This document shows, piece by piece, positions 31,760 to 41,975 of a DNA stretch of 64,000 nucleotides. The first letter of the stretch is position 1. Every line of letters starts with the position of its first letter. The translations under genes and the position numbers were made by a program. The notes beneath the pieces were generated by a model. That model was not told the origin of the DNA and searched no databases. It saw nothing but the letters and a program-made list of their open reading frames with translations. The DNA lies in the NCBI GenBank assembly GCA_000165345.1, contig CM000436.1, positions 1,088,001 through 1,152,000 of the forward strand, given 5' to 3'.

Positions 31760-32488
31760 ATGACAAAAAAAGATGCAAGAAGTTCCATTAGAGCAAGCAT
31801 TGAGACTACAAGTAGTTCCATATTAGGTTCAGGAGGTAAGTTTATTTGAAATATTAGCAAATAAATTTGGCTAAAAGGTTCATAATATTAATTAATAAAT
31901 CTTTTACTTTCTCTTTAAATTTGACTGGCTAACTTTCTTGTCGTAGATAATAATGGCAACAATTCTCCAACAAGTAAAAGAAAATGTGTTAAGAAAGAGT
32001 TTAATAATACAGAACTAAGTGCCGTTGAAAATTATAAGGTATGTTTGATTAAATATTCATAATATAAATTTTTAAATATTTAAAATAATTAAAAAATAAT
32101 TATAATGTTAAAAAAAAATATATATATACATAGAAAAAACTGGAAGAACATAAAGACTTTTTGCATGAATCAATGACAAGTAAGTAATAATATACTTTAC
32201 CAATTACTTTTTCCATAAATCTGGGAAATATATTAAATTCCCAGTTAAATAAAAAATAAAGATAATTAACTATAAAATCTTAATTTAGAATTTCTCAATT
32301 CTTTATATGACGAATTAGAAAATTCAAGAGTGAATTTAGAAGCATCATGTGTAAGATCTTTACAAAGATATGGAGATTCAATCAAAAAATTGGAATCATT
32401 AAAAAATCAGAATATGGAAAGCTCTCTCAAATTACAAAAAATGCAAAACATGATTCAGAAGTTCTCTGATAAAATTACTCAAGTTTAA
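31760..32488 (+). CDS. Small coiled-coil protein of about 139 aa in four exons: join(31760..31835,31947..32038,32134..32179,32289..32488). Function unknown.
   Basis: ATG at 31760. Donor sites GTAAGT, GTATGT and GTAAGT. Acceptors ...TCGTAG, ...ACATAG and ...ATTTAG. Reading phase is conserved across all junctions. It ends at a TAA about 28 bp from the Nup155-like stop on the opposite strand. Confidence 0.4.
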
Positions 32489-32515
32489 TTATATATAAAG
32501 AAAATGATATAAAAA

Positions 32516-35500
32516 TTAAATAATACTAGCTTTGATAATTTCAGAAATTTCCATCCTTTCATGATTACTAATCATATTTGAAAGAATATTAGAATTGTTT
32601 GAGTTACCAGAAAATAATGGTAAGAGTCTTGAAACAATATATTTGTTATTCAAGTGGAATATTAGAAATTTAACTGGCCAAACCCACCAAAGTACTCTAG
32701 ATTTAACTTGAGTTACATCTTCAAAATCGTAAATGTCAACAAGATCATTCTGTCTGAACCTATTATAATACAAAATAGAGAACTTATAAAGTTCTAATAT
32801 AATTGTTTCCAAAATTGAATCAAATTGCTGAAGAGATACTCTGAAATTCATTCCGCTTCTAATACTTTGATTATTTTGATTGATAATGAGATCATAGGGC
32901 ATAGAATTCTCACATAATCGTAATAGATCAGCTATATCAACCTCGAATAATATCGGAGATTCAAAGAAAAATGCTTGTTTAGTTCTGTATTCACATAATG
33001 ATGGAATTTTAATAATGATATGGTTTATAATTCTTGGTTGATTTTTTGAGTTTTCCATCAACCATTTAATTTCTGTAATAGATGAAAAGCCTGTCAAATT
33101 GTAAAATTCTGTAATAAATTCTAGTAAAGTTTCATCATTATGAACCATACTTTGGATATGGAAGATTCCCATAATCAAGCTTTTGAATATATCAATTCCT
33201 TCTTGAGAAATATCAACATTTTCATTTAAATGTGAGACTTCAATATTATTACCAACAGAAGTAGCAAAGATATCAAAAATTTGTTTGACTAGTGGATTAA
33301 TATTAACGTTTTGCTCTAATGCTGAGAGAATATAGTAATTAATAAACTCTGCAATCTGTAACAATATCTCTATCTGTGTATCTACATTAAAGATATCGTT
33401 TCTAATACTTTTAATAAATTCCTTATTCTTATCATCATTCATGTCTCTCTCAATACAAGTTTGAGATTGCAATAATAATGATCTTCTTTGAATTAATGTG
33501 GGATCTTGTTGCATTTTCAAAACCTGCAAGTGTATATCAGACAATAAATCAAAAATATTTTCAAGCCTTTTCCCACCTTGGATGAAACTTGAGCTAGAAA
33601 CTCTTCTTTTGTAATTCTCAAGGCTTTTTTTCATAAAATCTTGCATTTTAACGATTTCATCATTATTTACTTCTTTAAGTATAGTTGAAGAGCTCAAATC
33701 CTTCCCCCTTGAAACCGACTTTAATACATCTGATTGAGTTCTTAAAATCATTGAATTCACTCCAGGAGTAATTTTCCACAAAGCTCTAGACTTTGAGTAG
33801 TAATATTGACCAGCAGAAAGGTATTGCTTAGCATTATAAAGCAGATAACCCTGATCTTTCTTAAGATTATTTTCATTGTTGTAATTGTTAGAAATCAGTG
33901 CTAAACTATTATTTACACTTGGTTGATCATTTTCTAATTTATTAGTAAAATTATTGCTATATCTTTGCTTTGTCAACAAACCAGCTGTAGTATTGTCAAA
34001 ACTACCAGAAGTTTTAGTATTATTTATTAACCCTGGACTCTTTTGTTCTTTATTTTTATTACCTTTAATACTATATCTGTGGGTATCATTCAAATGAAAG
34101 TGCTCCAACCAATTCTTTAAATAAATTGAGTGCTCACTAAATTGAAATACTGATATACATAAATTCTTTATTAGCCAATTTTCCAATCTATCCCCGCCTT
34201 TTCTGCTAACTATTTCTTCATGTACCGTTTTTTGCATGCAAGAATCAATATATGACACGTAAGAAAATAAATAATAGTGGAGCCATTCTTTGCATGTGGA
34301 CAAAAATGATTTTTGGCTTTGTTTATTGAATTTTAAATTGTAATTGGACTCTTGTTGTTTAAGTCCGCAAAGAATGAATTCAATGATAGATGATTTTTTT
34401 TTAAGAATATTTTCTCTGTGATTTTTAAACGCAGAGAGTCTATCTTCAAGAAGTTGCTTTTCAGAAGCTGTGTTTGTATTTTTCAAATGATTGAATGAAA
34501 CATCTAGTTCTCTAAGATAGTCAAAAGATGGGTCATCGACAAGATCAACTTTTGAAAGGAACATTTCAATTTCCACGATATATTCACTATAAATTATATC
34601 CAAGGTATGTTGAAGATTTTGGTAAATCCATAGAGAACAATGGAATTCATAAGTATAAATGGATCTGACAGCATGGGTTATTGAAGAAGTTTTGCAGAAT
34701 TCAAGTAAAGTTTTGCACCCGCTTTGTTCGAAATTTACTATTATATCTTGAAAACTCATCAGCCTGTTGTTATATTGAGGCTCGCATTGATTGATTTCAA
34801 AAAGTAGAATAGAAAGGAAGTATTTAATGAAAGAGTTTGACTTTGAAATATGACTAGAAAATTCCGAAATTGAAGATGGAATGTGTATTTCAACTTTTTC
34901 TCCATTTGAAAGCCAAGGAGGTAGGAGTCCTGTATGATGAATGTATTCAGATTGGGAGTTAATTAGAGTAATAATGGATGGAATCTCCTTCTTGTAATAT
35001 AAAAGGCTCAAAACAATATTCAATGGTACCTCATAAATATTTTCAAATAAAATGGACATTATCTGTGGATGTGATGAATTCCCATGTTGTTCATTACCTT
35101 TGACTTTAGGTCTAGATACGCGAGTTAGGTTCCTACGAGCCAAAAAGTTCTCATTGTGAGATGCTTTATTTCTTTTGTTAATGATTACATCCTTATTTAA
35201 GGAAGATATGCTGTGCTCAATTGCAACCTGTTGAGATGTGATTAAAGAATATTTCGAATTTGATGGGATTGCAGACATATATTGGGATGCCGAAAGAATG
35301 TTATATCTGAATAATAGACGAAGAATAAATTGGAGTCCTTTATTATTTGATAATTCAAATAGTGTAAATTTCGTCAGTGATTTCTTCAAAATATCCATAT
35401 AAGTAAAACATAAAATTGCTTCGTTTGTTATCCTGGCATTATATTTCAGTCCAAGTGGATAAGTCTTACAGAAAAGATTCATCATTTCCAAAATTTCGAT

Positions 35501-38500
35501 GGTTTTTGAAACAAAGTTCTTAACTTCAATAAATAACTGAAGCTCAGAAATATTCAATAAAGAGTATGAATTAGAATTGGAATTAGAATTTGACTTTGAA
35601 TTAAAATTTGTGTTTGTTGAGTAATGATTTGCAAGATATACTTCATCTTCATTATTATTACGGTTAACCTCCACATTATAATTTGGGAACCACCAAGGTA
35701 ACAATAAATCTAAGAGGTTATTAATTGGTATTAAATTATTCTTCAGATGTGTAATATGTTCTTCTTTTAAAGATGAAAATATTGTCACTGAAATCGAATC
35801 ATTCATGGCAAAATCATTCGTATTATTTTCTGGAATAAGCCCATTGTCTTTGTTACTCATTTTTTTGCCATTATAAATTACTTCTGAAGATCCTGAAGTA
35901 TGAACTTGATTATGGGTTAACCAATCTGAAGCTTCAGATTTAAAGAATTCATTAATGCAAGAATTAATCTCCAATACCACATTCTTGTTTTTACAGCTAG
36001 AGGATTTCTGAATATTAGAGTCTTTCAATAAAAAAAAGCTGTTTTGATAAGAATGGCAGAAGTTGTCTGAACTATCAATCTGAGATTTAATAAATTCTGA
36101 AACAAATTTAAGACCATTATCATTTAATGAAAAATCTTTTGATTCAAACTCATCGTAATCATTGCTCTGATTAAGTTGATTCTTCAATAAATCATCTTCA
36201 TCAATGTATTTTGAAAAGTCTGAAGAATTTTTACTAATTAACTCAAAGCTAGTTTGTTGGAATAAAGGAATATCCCAAATACTCCTAATAATTCTTCCAA
36301 TTAGAAGAATTAGCCCTTTGCATCTAGGAGTAATAGCTAATTTGTGATTACAAGAATTAATACTCAAAAAGCAGTTCGAGTTTGACCTAGATTGTATATT
36401 TATATCTGTTAAAAGAGTAAGCCAAATCTTAATTAAAGTAATTGAAGGAAAGTCATTTTGAGCAAAATTCTTATCAAACATTTCAAAATCTTTATTTCTA
36501 ATATGGATTTCAAAAGGATTATCATTCTTGATATCGTTTGAGTAAAATCTTTGTATAAGTTCAGAATCGAGGATTTCTTTGGTATTCATTCCAATAATAC
36601 CTTGCCAAATTAAGGCAAAAAATTGTTCAAAAGTAATAGTTTGAGCAAAAGTACCTAAAAGTTTCATAACAAAAGTAATTGATCTATTATTTTGTAAACT
36701 ATCATCCTTAGATCTTCCTCCAAAAGATCTTAAACCATTCATTGGACTGAAACATTCATGATCATCAAAAACATTCATCATAAAAGAGTAATTATGTGGC
36801 TCCAAAGTCATCTTTGTAATAATATCCAAGAGCCTTTTTTTTTCCAAAATAAATATTCCCTTGGTTGAAATGATTGTCCAGTATCTACATTCAGTTATTT
36901 GATCTAAAATCAAGTCATTTAGTCCATTTGGAGGACATTGGGGAATGTTTATACCAAAAACAGAACATGATGTTGATGAATTCAAATATTTTTGAATTAA
37001 GCAATGTGGTTTGGCTTCTTCATTTGTTTCATTAGTATAAACAGACTTGGAACTTAATCTATTAAAGAAATATCTCCAAAGATGGAAAAATTTTGACCCA
37101 GAAGTTCTACATCCAAATCCTGATAAATTGTTATTAGAAAGTAGTTGATCGTGATTTGAAGCTGAAATATTTGGTCGAATTAAGAGGATTTCTTTCAAAT
37201 TATTATTTCCATAAGAAAATGGATTTGGAGTATTCCAAAGATTCTCGAATAATCTCTGGTATTTATTTGGTACATTTCTTTCTTGTATACTTAAAATAAG
37301 TCCCAAATTTGGATCAGAAAAAGAGTAATTCCATTCATTAAAGTAAGGAGGTGTATTTTGTACACTGGAAGATCCCAAATTTCTATTGGATAAATTCTTT
37401 GCAATAATTGTTTGATCAATACAAGAAGCTGATATACTTGAAGTAATTAATGATAATATTGCCTCATTATCATCACATAAATTCTCAGAAATTTCACCAA
37501 AATTCATTTCAGATCTTTGTGAAAAGATGGATTCTGGTAAATCTAAACCGTCTCCCATGTTTACAGTGGTTAAAATAGAAACTCCATTCGAATAAAGACT
37601 TGAATTAATCAATTTTTCTTCAGAATCTTCTGAGATTATCGAAGTTTTTTTAAACTCTTTAACTCTCATATTTATTGGAATTGAATAATTCAAATTATGT
37701 AGGAATTGATTATTAAATTGTGAATTAGAAACAAAGCAAGGTTTATTTCCACACTCAAAAACAGATTCTAAATATATACGATCTCCATGATCAGTAACTA
37801 AAATGGCATAAATAAAGTCACTTTCTTGTGGATTTGTGGGATGAATTGAATGAATATTAATATATGAAATAAAATTGGAGTTCTTCTTTTGTTGAATAAC
37901 TGATGATTGTTTCTTATTATAATTTGCATTAATTAATTTACTTAATTCACTTTTTAAAGTATTAATATTCAATCTAAATATTAAATTAATTGGTGTAAAA
38001 GAATTCGAGCTTAAAGTATTTGAACTTAAGTATTTTGTTAAAAAAGCACTTAAAGAATTTGAAGAATTTTCTTTTTCAATATAAGTTAAATCATCTGAGA
38101 TTTTTTTGATCAGAAAATTTCCTATTGGTATTAAAAATACATCAATATCTGAGTTCAAATAAAGCACATAAAGTAAACCTCTAAATTCATCAATAAACAT
38201 GGATTTAATACAACTCTGTGATTGACCAAAGAAATAATTTCGAATAAATCTTGGTAAATATGAAATAAAATTATTACCAGAAATCTTTATTAATCTAGCA
38301 AATGAATGGGTTTGATTATCATTATGAATAAATCCAGATATTTTCTGAACTTTTCTTTTTATCCAAGAATTTTCTTGTTCCATTGTATATTCATAAACAC
38401 TACCAGTATTACCACATCCGAGAAAAAATCTTCCTGAAGCTTGATGAGAAATAATCTTAGTAAAAGAAATATCTTTAAATCCAGAAAGAGAATGGTAACT

Positions 38501-39184
38501 ATCTTTTATACGATTAATAATATAATTTCCATTTGTATTTTTTATAATATTTAAAAGTATAATATAGTAATTCGTACAAACTAAAATTTTTATTAAAGAA
38601 GAGCTTTCATCCTCTATAGATCCAACACTGGTAATTATTGCTTTTTTATTGGTATTTTCTTGAAAGAATTCTTCAGTTTGAACAGAATATATGGGATCAT
38701 CTTTTGACCAATTCCAAAAAATTATCTCATTTTCATAATATATATAAAATATACTATGATTATTTAAAGTTTTTGATTTCAAAGCTAAATTTTCTGAAGA
38801 GAGTTTATAAATTAAATTTCTTCTATCATTGGAATCTTTTAAATTCAATTTCATACTTTTTAAATTATTTAAAATGGCTTGTTTAATTTTTTTGGGAAAA
38901 TATCCATTTAAAGCTTTAACTTCAAATGTTTCTGGTCGATATTCATAATCTGTTGAATAAATACCTTTAAGAAAATGGCTTAATTCAGAAAATTCTTCAT
39001 CTTGTTTAATACAAGAATTTAAAGAAATTCCAATAATATTAGATTTTGAAATGGTATCTAATGAATTATTTTCTTTATTCATTAAGTTTAAAGANTTCTC
39101 CATATTCTTTCCTCCTTTATTTATTTGGTTTCCAGTGTCAAATTGGAAAAAATCTTCATTTCTGGTACGAATATTATTAAACAT
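32516..39184 (-). CDS. NUP155-like: Very large nucleoporin of the Nup155/Nup170 family, 2222 aa, expanded by low-complexity inserts.
   Basis: The N-terminal beta-propeller region aligns by eye with Nup155: IIFWNWSKDDPIY with DIFMWNYEDGGDLAY, and GRFFLGCGNTGSVYEYTMEQENSWIKRKVQKI with [31 protein letters not shown]. A long alpha-helical C-terminal part follows. ATG start. One N base at about 39091. Confidence 0.6.
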   Translation of the reverse strand: MFNNIRTRNEDFFQFDTGNQINKGGKNMEXSLNLMNKENNSLDTISKSNIIGISLNSCIKQDEEFSELSHFLKGIYSTDYEYRPETFEVKALNGYFPKKIKQAILNNLKSMKLNLKDSNDRRNLIYKLSSENLALKSKTLNNHSIFYIYYENEIIFWNWSKDDPIYSVQTEEFFQENTNKKAIITSVGSIEDESSSLIKILVCTNYYIILLNIIKNTNGNYIINRIKDSYHSLSGFKDISFTKIISHQASGRFFLGCGNTGSVYEYTMEQENSWIKRKVQKISGFIHNDNQTHSFARLIKISGNNFISYLPRFIRNYFFGQSQSCIKSMFIDEFRGLLYVLYLNSDIDVFLIPIGNFLIKKISDDLTYIEKENSSNSLSAFLTKYLSSNTLSSNSFTPINLIFRLNINTLKSELSKLINANYNKKQSSVIQQKKNSNFISYINIHSIHPTNPQESDFIYAILVTDHGDRIYLESVFECGNKPCFVSNSQFNNQFLHNLNYSIPINMRVKEFKKTSIISEDSEEKLINSSLYSNGVSILTTVNMGDGLDLPESIFSQRSEMNFGEISENLCDDNEAILSLITSSISASCIDQTIIAKNLSNRNLGSSSVQNTPPYFNEWNYSFSDPNLGLILSIQERNVPNKYQRLFENLWNTPNPFSYGNNNLKEILLIRPNISASNHDQLLSNNNLSGFGCRTSGSKFFHLWRYFFNRLSSKSVYTNETNEEAKPHCLIQKYLNSSTSCSVFGINIPQCPPNGLNDLILDQITECRYWTIISTKGIFILEKKRLLDIITKMTLEPHNYSFMMNVFDDHECFSPMNGLRSFGGRSKDDSLQNNRSITFVMKLLGTFAQTITFEQFFALIWQGIIGMNTKEILDSELIQRFYSNDIKNDNPFEIHIRNKDFEMFDKNFAQNDFPSITLIKIWLTLLTDINIQSRSNSNCFLSINSCNHKLAITPRCKGLILLIGRIIRSIWDIPLFQQTSFELISKNSSDFSKYIDEDDLLKNQLNQSNDYDEFESKDFSLNDNGLKFVSEFIKSQIDSSDNFCHSYQNSFFLLKDSNIQKSSSCKNKNVVLEINSCINEFFKSEASDWLTHNQVHTSGSSEVIYNGKKMSNKDNGLIPENNTNDFAMNDSISVTIFSSLKEEHITHLKNNLIPINNLLDLLLPWWFPNYNVEVNRNNNEDEVYLANHYSTNTNFNSKSNSNSNSNSYSLLNISELQLFIEVKNFVSKTIEILEMMNLFCKTYPLGLKYNARITNEAILCFTYMDILKKSLTKFTLFELSNNKGLQFILRLLFRYNILSASQYMSAIPSNSKYSLITSQQVAIEHSISSLNKDVIINKRNKASHNENFLARRNLTRVSRPKVKGNEQHGNSSHPQIMSILFENIYEVPLNIVLSLLYYKKEIPSIITLINSQSEYIHHTGLLPPWLSNGEKVEIHIPSSISEFSSHISKSNSFIKYFLSILLFEINQCEPQYNNRLMSFQDIIVNFEQSGCKTLLEFCKTSSITHAVRSIYTYEFHCSLWIYQNLQHTLDIIYSEYIVEIEMFLSKVDLVDDPSFDYLRELDVSFNHLKNTNTASEKQLLEDRLSAFKNHRENILKKKSSIIEFILCGLKQQESNYNLKFNKQSQKSFLSTCKEWLHYYLFSYVSYIDSCMQKTVHEEIVSRKGGDRLENWLIKNLCISVFQFSEHSIYLKNWLEHFHLNDTHRYSIKGNKNKEQKSPGLINNTKTSGSFDNTTAGLLTKQRYSNNFTNKLENDQPSVNNSLALISNNYNNENNLKKDQGYLLYNAKQYLSAGQYYYSKSRALWKITPGVNSMILRTQSDVLKSVSRGKDLSSSTILKEVNNDEIVKMQDFMKKSLENYKRRVSSSSFIQGGKRLENIFDLLSDIHLQVLKMQQDPTLIQRRSLLLQSQTCIERDMNDDKNKEFIKSIRNDIFNVDTQIEILLQIAEFINYYILSALEQNVNINPLVKQIFDIFATSVGNNIEVSHLNENVDISQEGIDIFKSLIMGIFHIQSMVHNDETLLEFITEFYNLTGFSSITEIKWLMENSKNQPRIINHIIIKIPSLCEYRTKQAFFFESPILFEVDIADLLRLCENSMPYDLIINQNNQSIRSGMNFRVSLQQFDSILETIILELYKFSILYYNRFRQNDLVDIYDFEDVTQVKSRVLWWVWPVKFLIFHLNNKYIVSRLLPLFSGNSNNSNILSNMISNHERMEISEIIKASII

Positions 39185-39615
39185 CAGAAATTAAATCAAT
39201 TAATAACAATAATAGTTATTTGAAAAGTTGTTTTTCTTCTTTATTCTTATAAAGAATGTAAAATAATTATGGTTATTAATTAATAATTACTTAATTTCCC
39301 ACCCTTTTTACTAATAATATTCGGTAATTATTTCATATCCAATATAATATATTATCAAAATAATAATAATAATAATAATGGCGATACTTTTCTTTTTAAT
39401 TTGTTGGGAAAAAAAAAGGATAAATCTTGAATAAAAAAGAATTAACAAGTTTTTTTTTTTATCAATACAATTTAATTAATATTTACATATACATTTGGCA
39501 ACTTTTTAATCAATGGATTTCTTAATATTTTTTTTAAAGAAAAAAAGAATATTATTATGGNAACTTTTTTTTTCTCAAATTATTTATATTGATTTAATTA
39601 AATATATAAGCATAA

Positions 39616-39690
39616 ATGACGTGGGGTTGCGCGCGCAAATTATATTTTGAATTATAATATATATATACCGGTATCGTTATTACGTGGTAC
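39616..39690. promoter_or_regulatory. Module ATGACGTGGGG - TTGCGCGCGCAA (12-bp palindrome) - TACCGGTATCG - TTACGTGGTACC, about 430-500 bp upstream of the Nup155-like start.
   Basis: ACGT box fused to a G-box, a perfect GC palindrome, ACCGGT and a second TACGTGG box. The TACGTGG and ACCGGTA pair also occurs at 8951-8970. Confidence 0.4.
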
Positions 39691-40002
39691 CAAGTAAATA
39701 TAAAATATATTATTTAATTTAAAAAAAAAAAAAAAAAAATATGTATATAATAGTAATAGGTAAAAAGTACATGAATAAGATAGATTGAAGAATAAATAAG
39801 TAAATAAATGAGTGGAAATAATAAGATCTATAAGTGTGTGTAAAAAAAAAAAAAGAAAAAGAAAACAATTCAAGAATATAATGGAAATACAGGTAAATTA
39901 ACAAATAACATGAAATAAAATTTACATGTGAATTAAAGGATAATTAAATAGATATAATGAATATATGTATGAGTAGTTGTGAATAATTGATAATGAAACA
40001 AA

Positions 40003-41462
40003 TTACTCCAATACAGAAACAATGGGTTTTTGTCTTTCTGGAAGTGGTTTTGATGAATCTTTGGTATGATCTCTAAGATTCTGTTCTCTTTTTTTCTTGG
40101 CATTAATCTGCACAAGTTTTCTTTCTTGAATTGATTTAATCATCTTTGGCACGTGATGATGTCTGGAAATCTTTTTAATTTCAGGTAAATGCTGGTATCT
40201 ATCAATAAGCTGATTTCTATAAGCTAATGTTTGTCTTTCTCTATAAGATCTGGGTCCAAGTGGTTGACTGGCTTCATTTTTTCCATAAACGAACACAAAA
40301 ATCAGATGAGCCACTCACAATAAATNTACCATCAGCAGTNAATTTAGTANCCCATACATTATGCATTCTTTTTGNATGATAAATATCTNTANAAGCACCT
40401 TGGTCAATATTAAAATATTCTNATAGTATTATNTNTTACTACCAGCAACAAAAACTGTTTCCCCATTGGTATTATTANTCAACATCTAAAAACAGCATGA
40501 ACCAAAACCTTTTANATNTAAAATCTANCCAATGGTTAAGCCTTTTCTTCATAATCAAAATGTTATATAACATTGTAAATNATCATTAAGCAATATTGTG
40601 AAATATTAATNGGTTGGTCTGGAGGCGTNCCAACAAATATGCCATTTGGATTTTATTTTGATNAAANAACNNTNNNTNANNCTGTTGATGATCTTATATC
40701 AAATAGTCCAACAGAATTATCAGAAGAAACTGTTGCAACAATATGAGGCTCACTTGGATTAATTTTTGCAGAATAAACAGTTTCATTTCCCCATTCAAAT
40801 TCTTGTAATGGCGTACTTCTATGACGATCCCATACATGCAAACCACCAACTCCACTACTTATTAATACACCACTATTCCAATGGTGATCTAAACTATATA
40901 ATTGATTATTTGCAAGAAATGTAGTTTCAGGAATAATTGCTTTTGAAAAGCTAGAAATATTATCATATCCATTAAATACATCCTCAACATTTCCTCCATC
41001 TTCTAATTCCATTAAATTCATTTCATTTACAGATTCTCTTTTAGATATTTTCCACATTTGTAATTTCTTATCGTCACCACATGAAAATAAATGCTTATCA
41101 TTATTTGTAACACATAATCCACGTACTGCTCCTTCATGTGCTCTAATCATATATTCACATCTTCTGCTACCTGCTAAATTCCAATATCTAATAGTTCCAT
41201 CAAATCCACCACTATATATATCAGAAAGATGATGATGAGCTCTTGCTAAACATTGAACAGTATCTGAATGACCCTCAAATACAGAAACCAAAGGCTTTGA
41301 AAACATTTTCCTTAATTTTACGCTCATTAATGCTCTGCTATATTCTCTAGCTTTCTCAAAAGGGTGGATATTTGGATCAGGATTATGATAAATCCTTTGT
41401 ACGGAACCTTTCGATCTATCTTGATATTTATTTACATCTCTTTGTAATACTTTAACTTTCAT
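40003..41462 (-). CDS. SOF1 (DCAF13): U3 snoRNP / DDB1-CUL4 associated WD40 protein Sof1 (DCAF13). The reading frame is interrupted by an N-rich low-quality segment at about 40320-40690.
   Basis: The N-terminal piece (41462-40653) carries HPFEKAREYSRALMSVKLRKMFSKPLVSVFEGHSDTVQCLA...GGFDGTIRYWNLAGSRRCEYMIRAHEGAVRGLCV...SCGDDKKLQMWK. The C-terminal piece (40314-40003) carries the Sof1 C-terminal domain (RQTLAYRNQLIDRYQHLPEIKKISRHHHVPKMIKS). The spacing between them fits one gene of about 480 aa. Confidence 0.75.
40320..40690. other. Low-quality, N-rich assembly segment inside the Sof1 gene.
   Basis: Dozens of ambiguous bases (n). The ORF track breaks here. Confidence 0.9.
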
Positions 41463-41742
41463 ATTTTCTATCTATCACTATTTAATAGTTGCCTTTTTAT
41501 ATTATAATATTAGTAAGTTTAATTTTCATTTAGTTTACAATCAAGTAACTATAAACTTAAAAATCTTGTAATTATCTAGAAGTAATTGTAATTCAATATA
41601 TCTTTTTATATTATAACTCCTTTTAAACTTCTTTTGATGTACAAGGCCTACTTGATATTTTTTTCTTTTTCTTCTAAATCTTTAATTTTTTTTTTCCTCC
41701 AATGTTCCTTTTGACTTTTTACAAATTTAAAAAATAATTTGT

Positions 41743-41780
41743 TGGCGCCGGCGCCATCTGTCATGCGGACACGTAATAAA
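41743..41780. promoter_or_regulatory. TGGCGCCGGCGCCA (14-bp palindrome) - CATGCGGACACGTAATAAA, about 280-320 bp upstream of Sof1.
   Basis: Second exact copy of the 14-mer seen at 20379-20392, followed by a CACGTAAT box. Confidence 0.45.
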
Positions 41781-41975
41781 TTTTTTTTAAAAATTACTAA
41801 ATACATGCAATACTAAAAAATAAATAAATAACAATCGTAATGAATCATCATAAATTGACAATATTAGATATATAAATTAATAATTTAAGTTTCATATAAA
41901 TAAATTAAATTGGATTTCTGTTGGTGAATATTATCGTAGAAATGAGTTGAAATATAATTGATGTAGTTATTAATA

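Noticed and set aside
39652-40115. Short ORFs (F/Y/L-rich) in the Nup155-Sof1 spacer and the Sof1 3' region.
   Set aside because: The 39652-39904 ORFs are translations of poly-A/T-rich spacer DNA. The 39933-40115 ORF is an alternate frame overlapping the Sof1 C-terminal exon.
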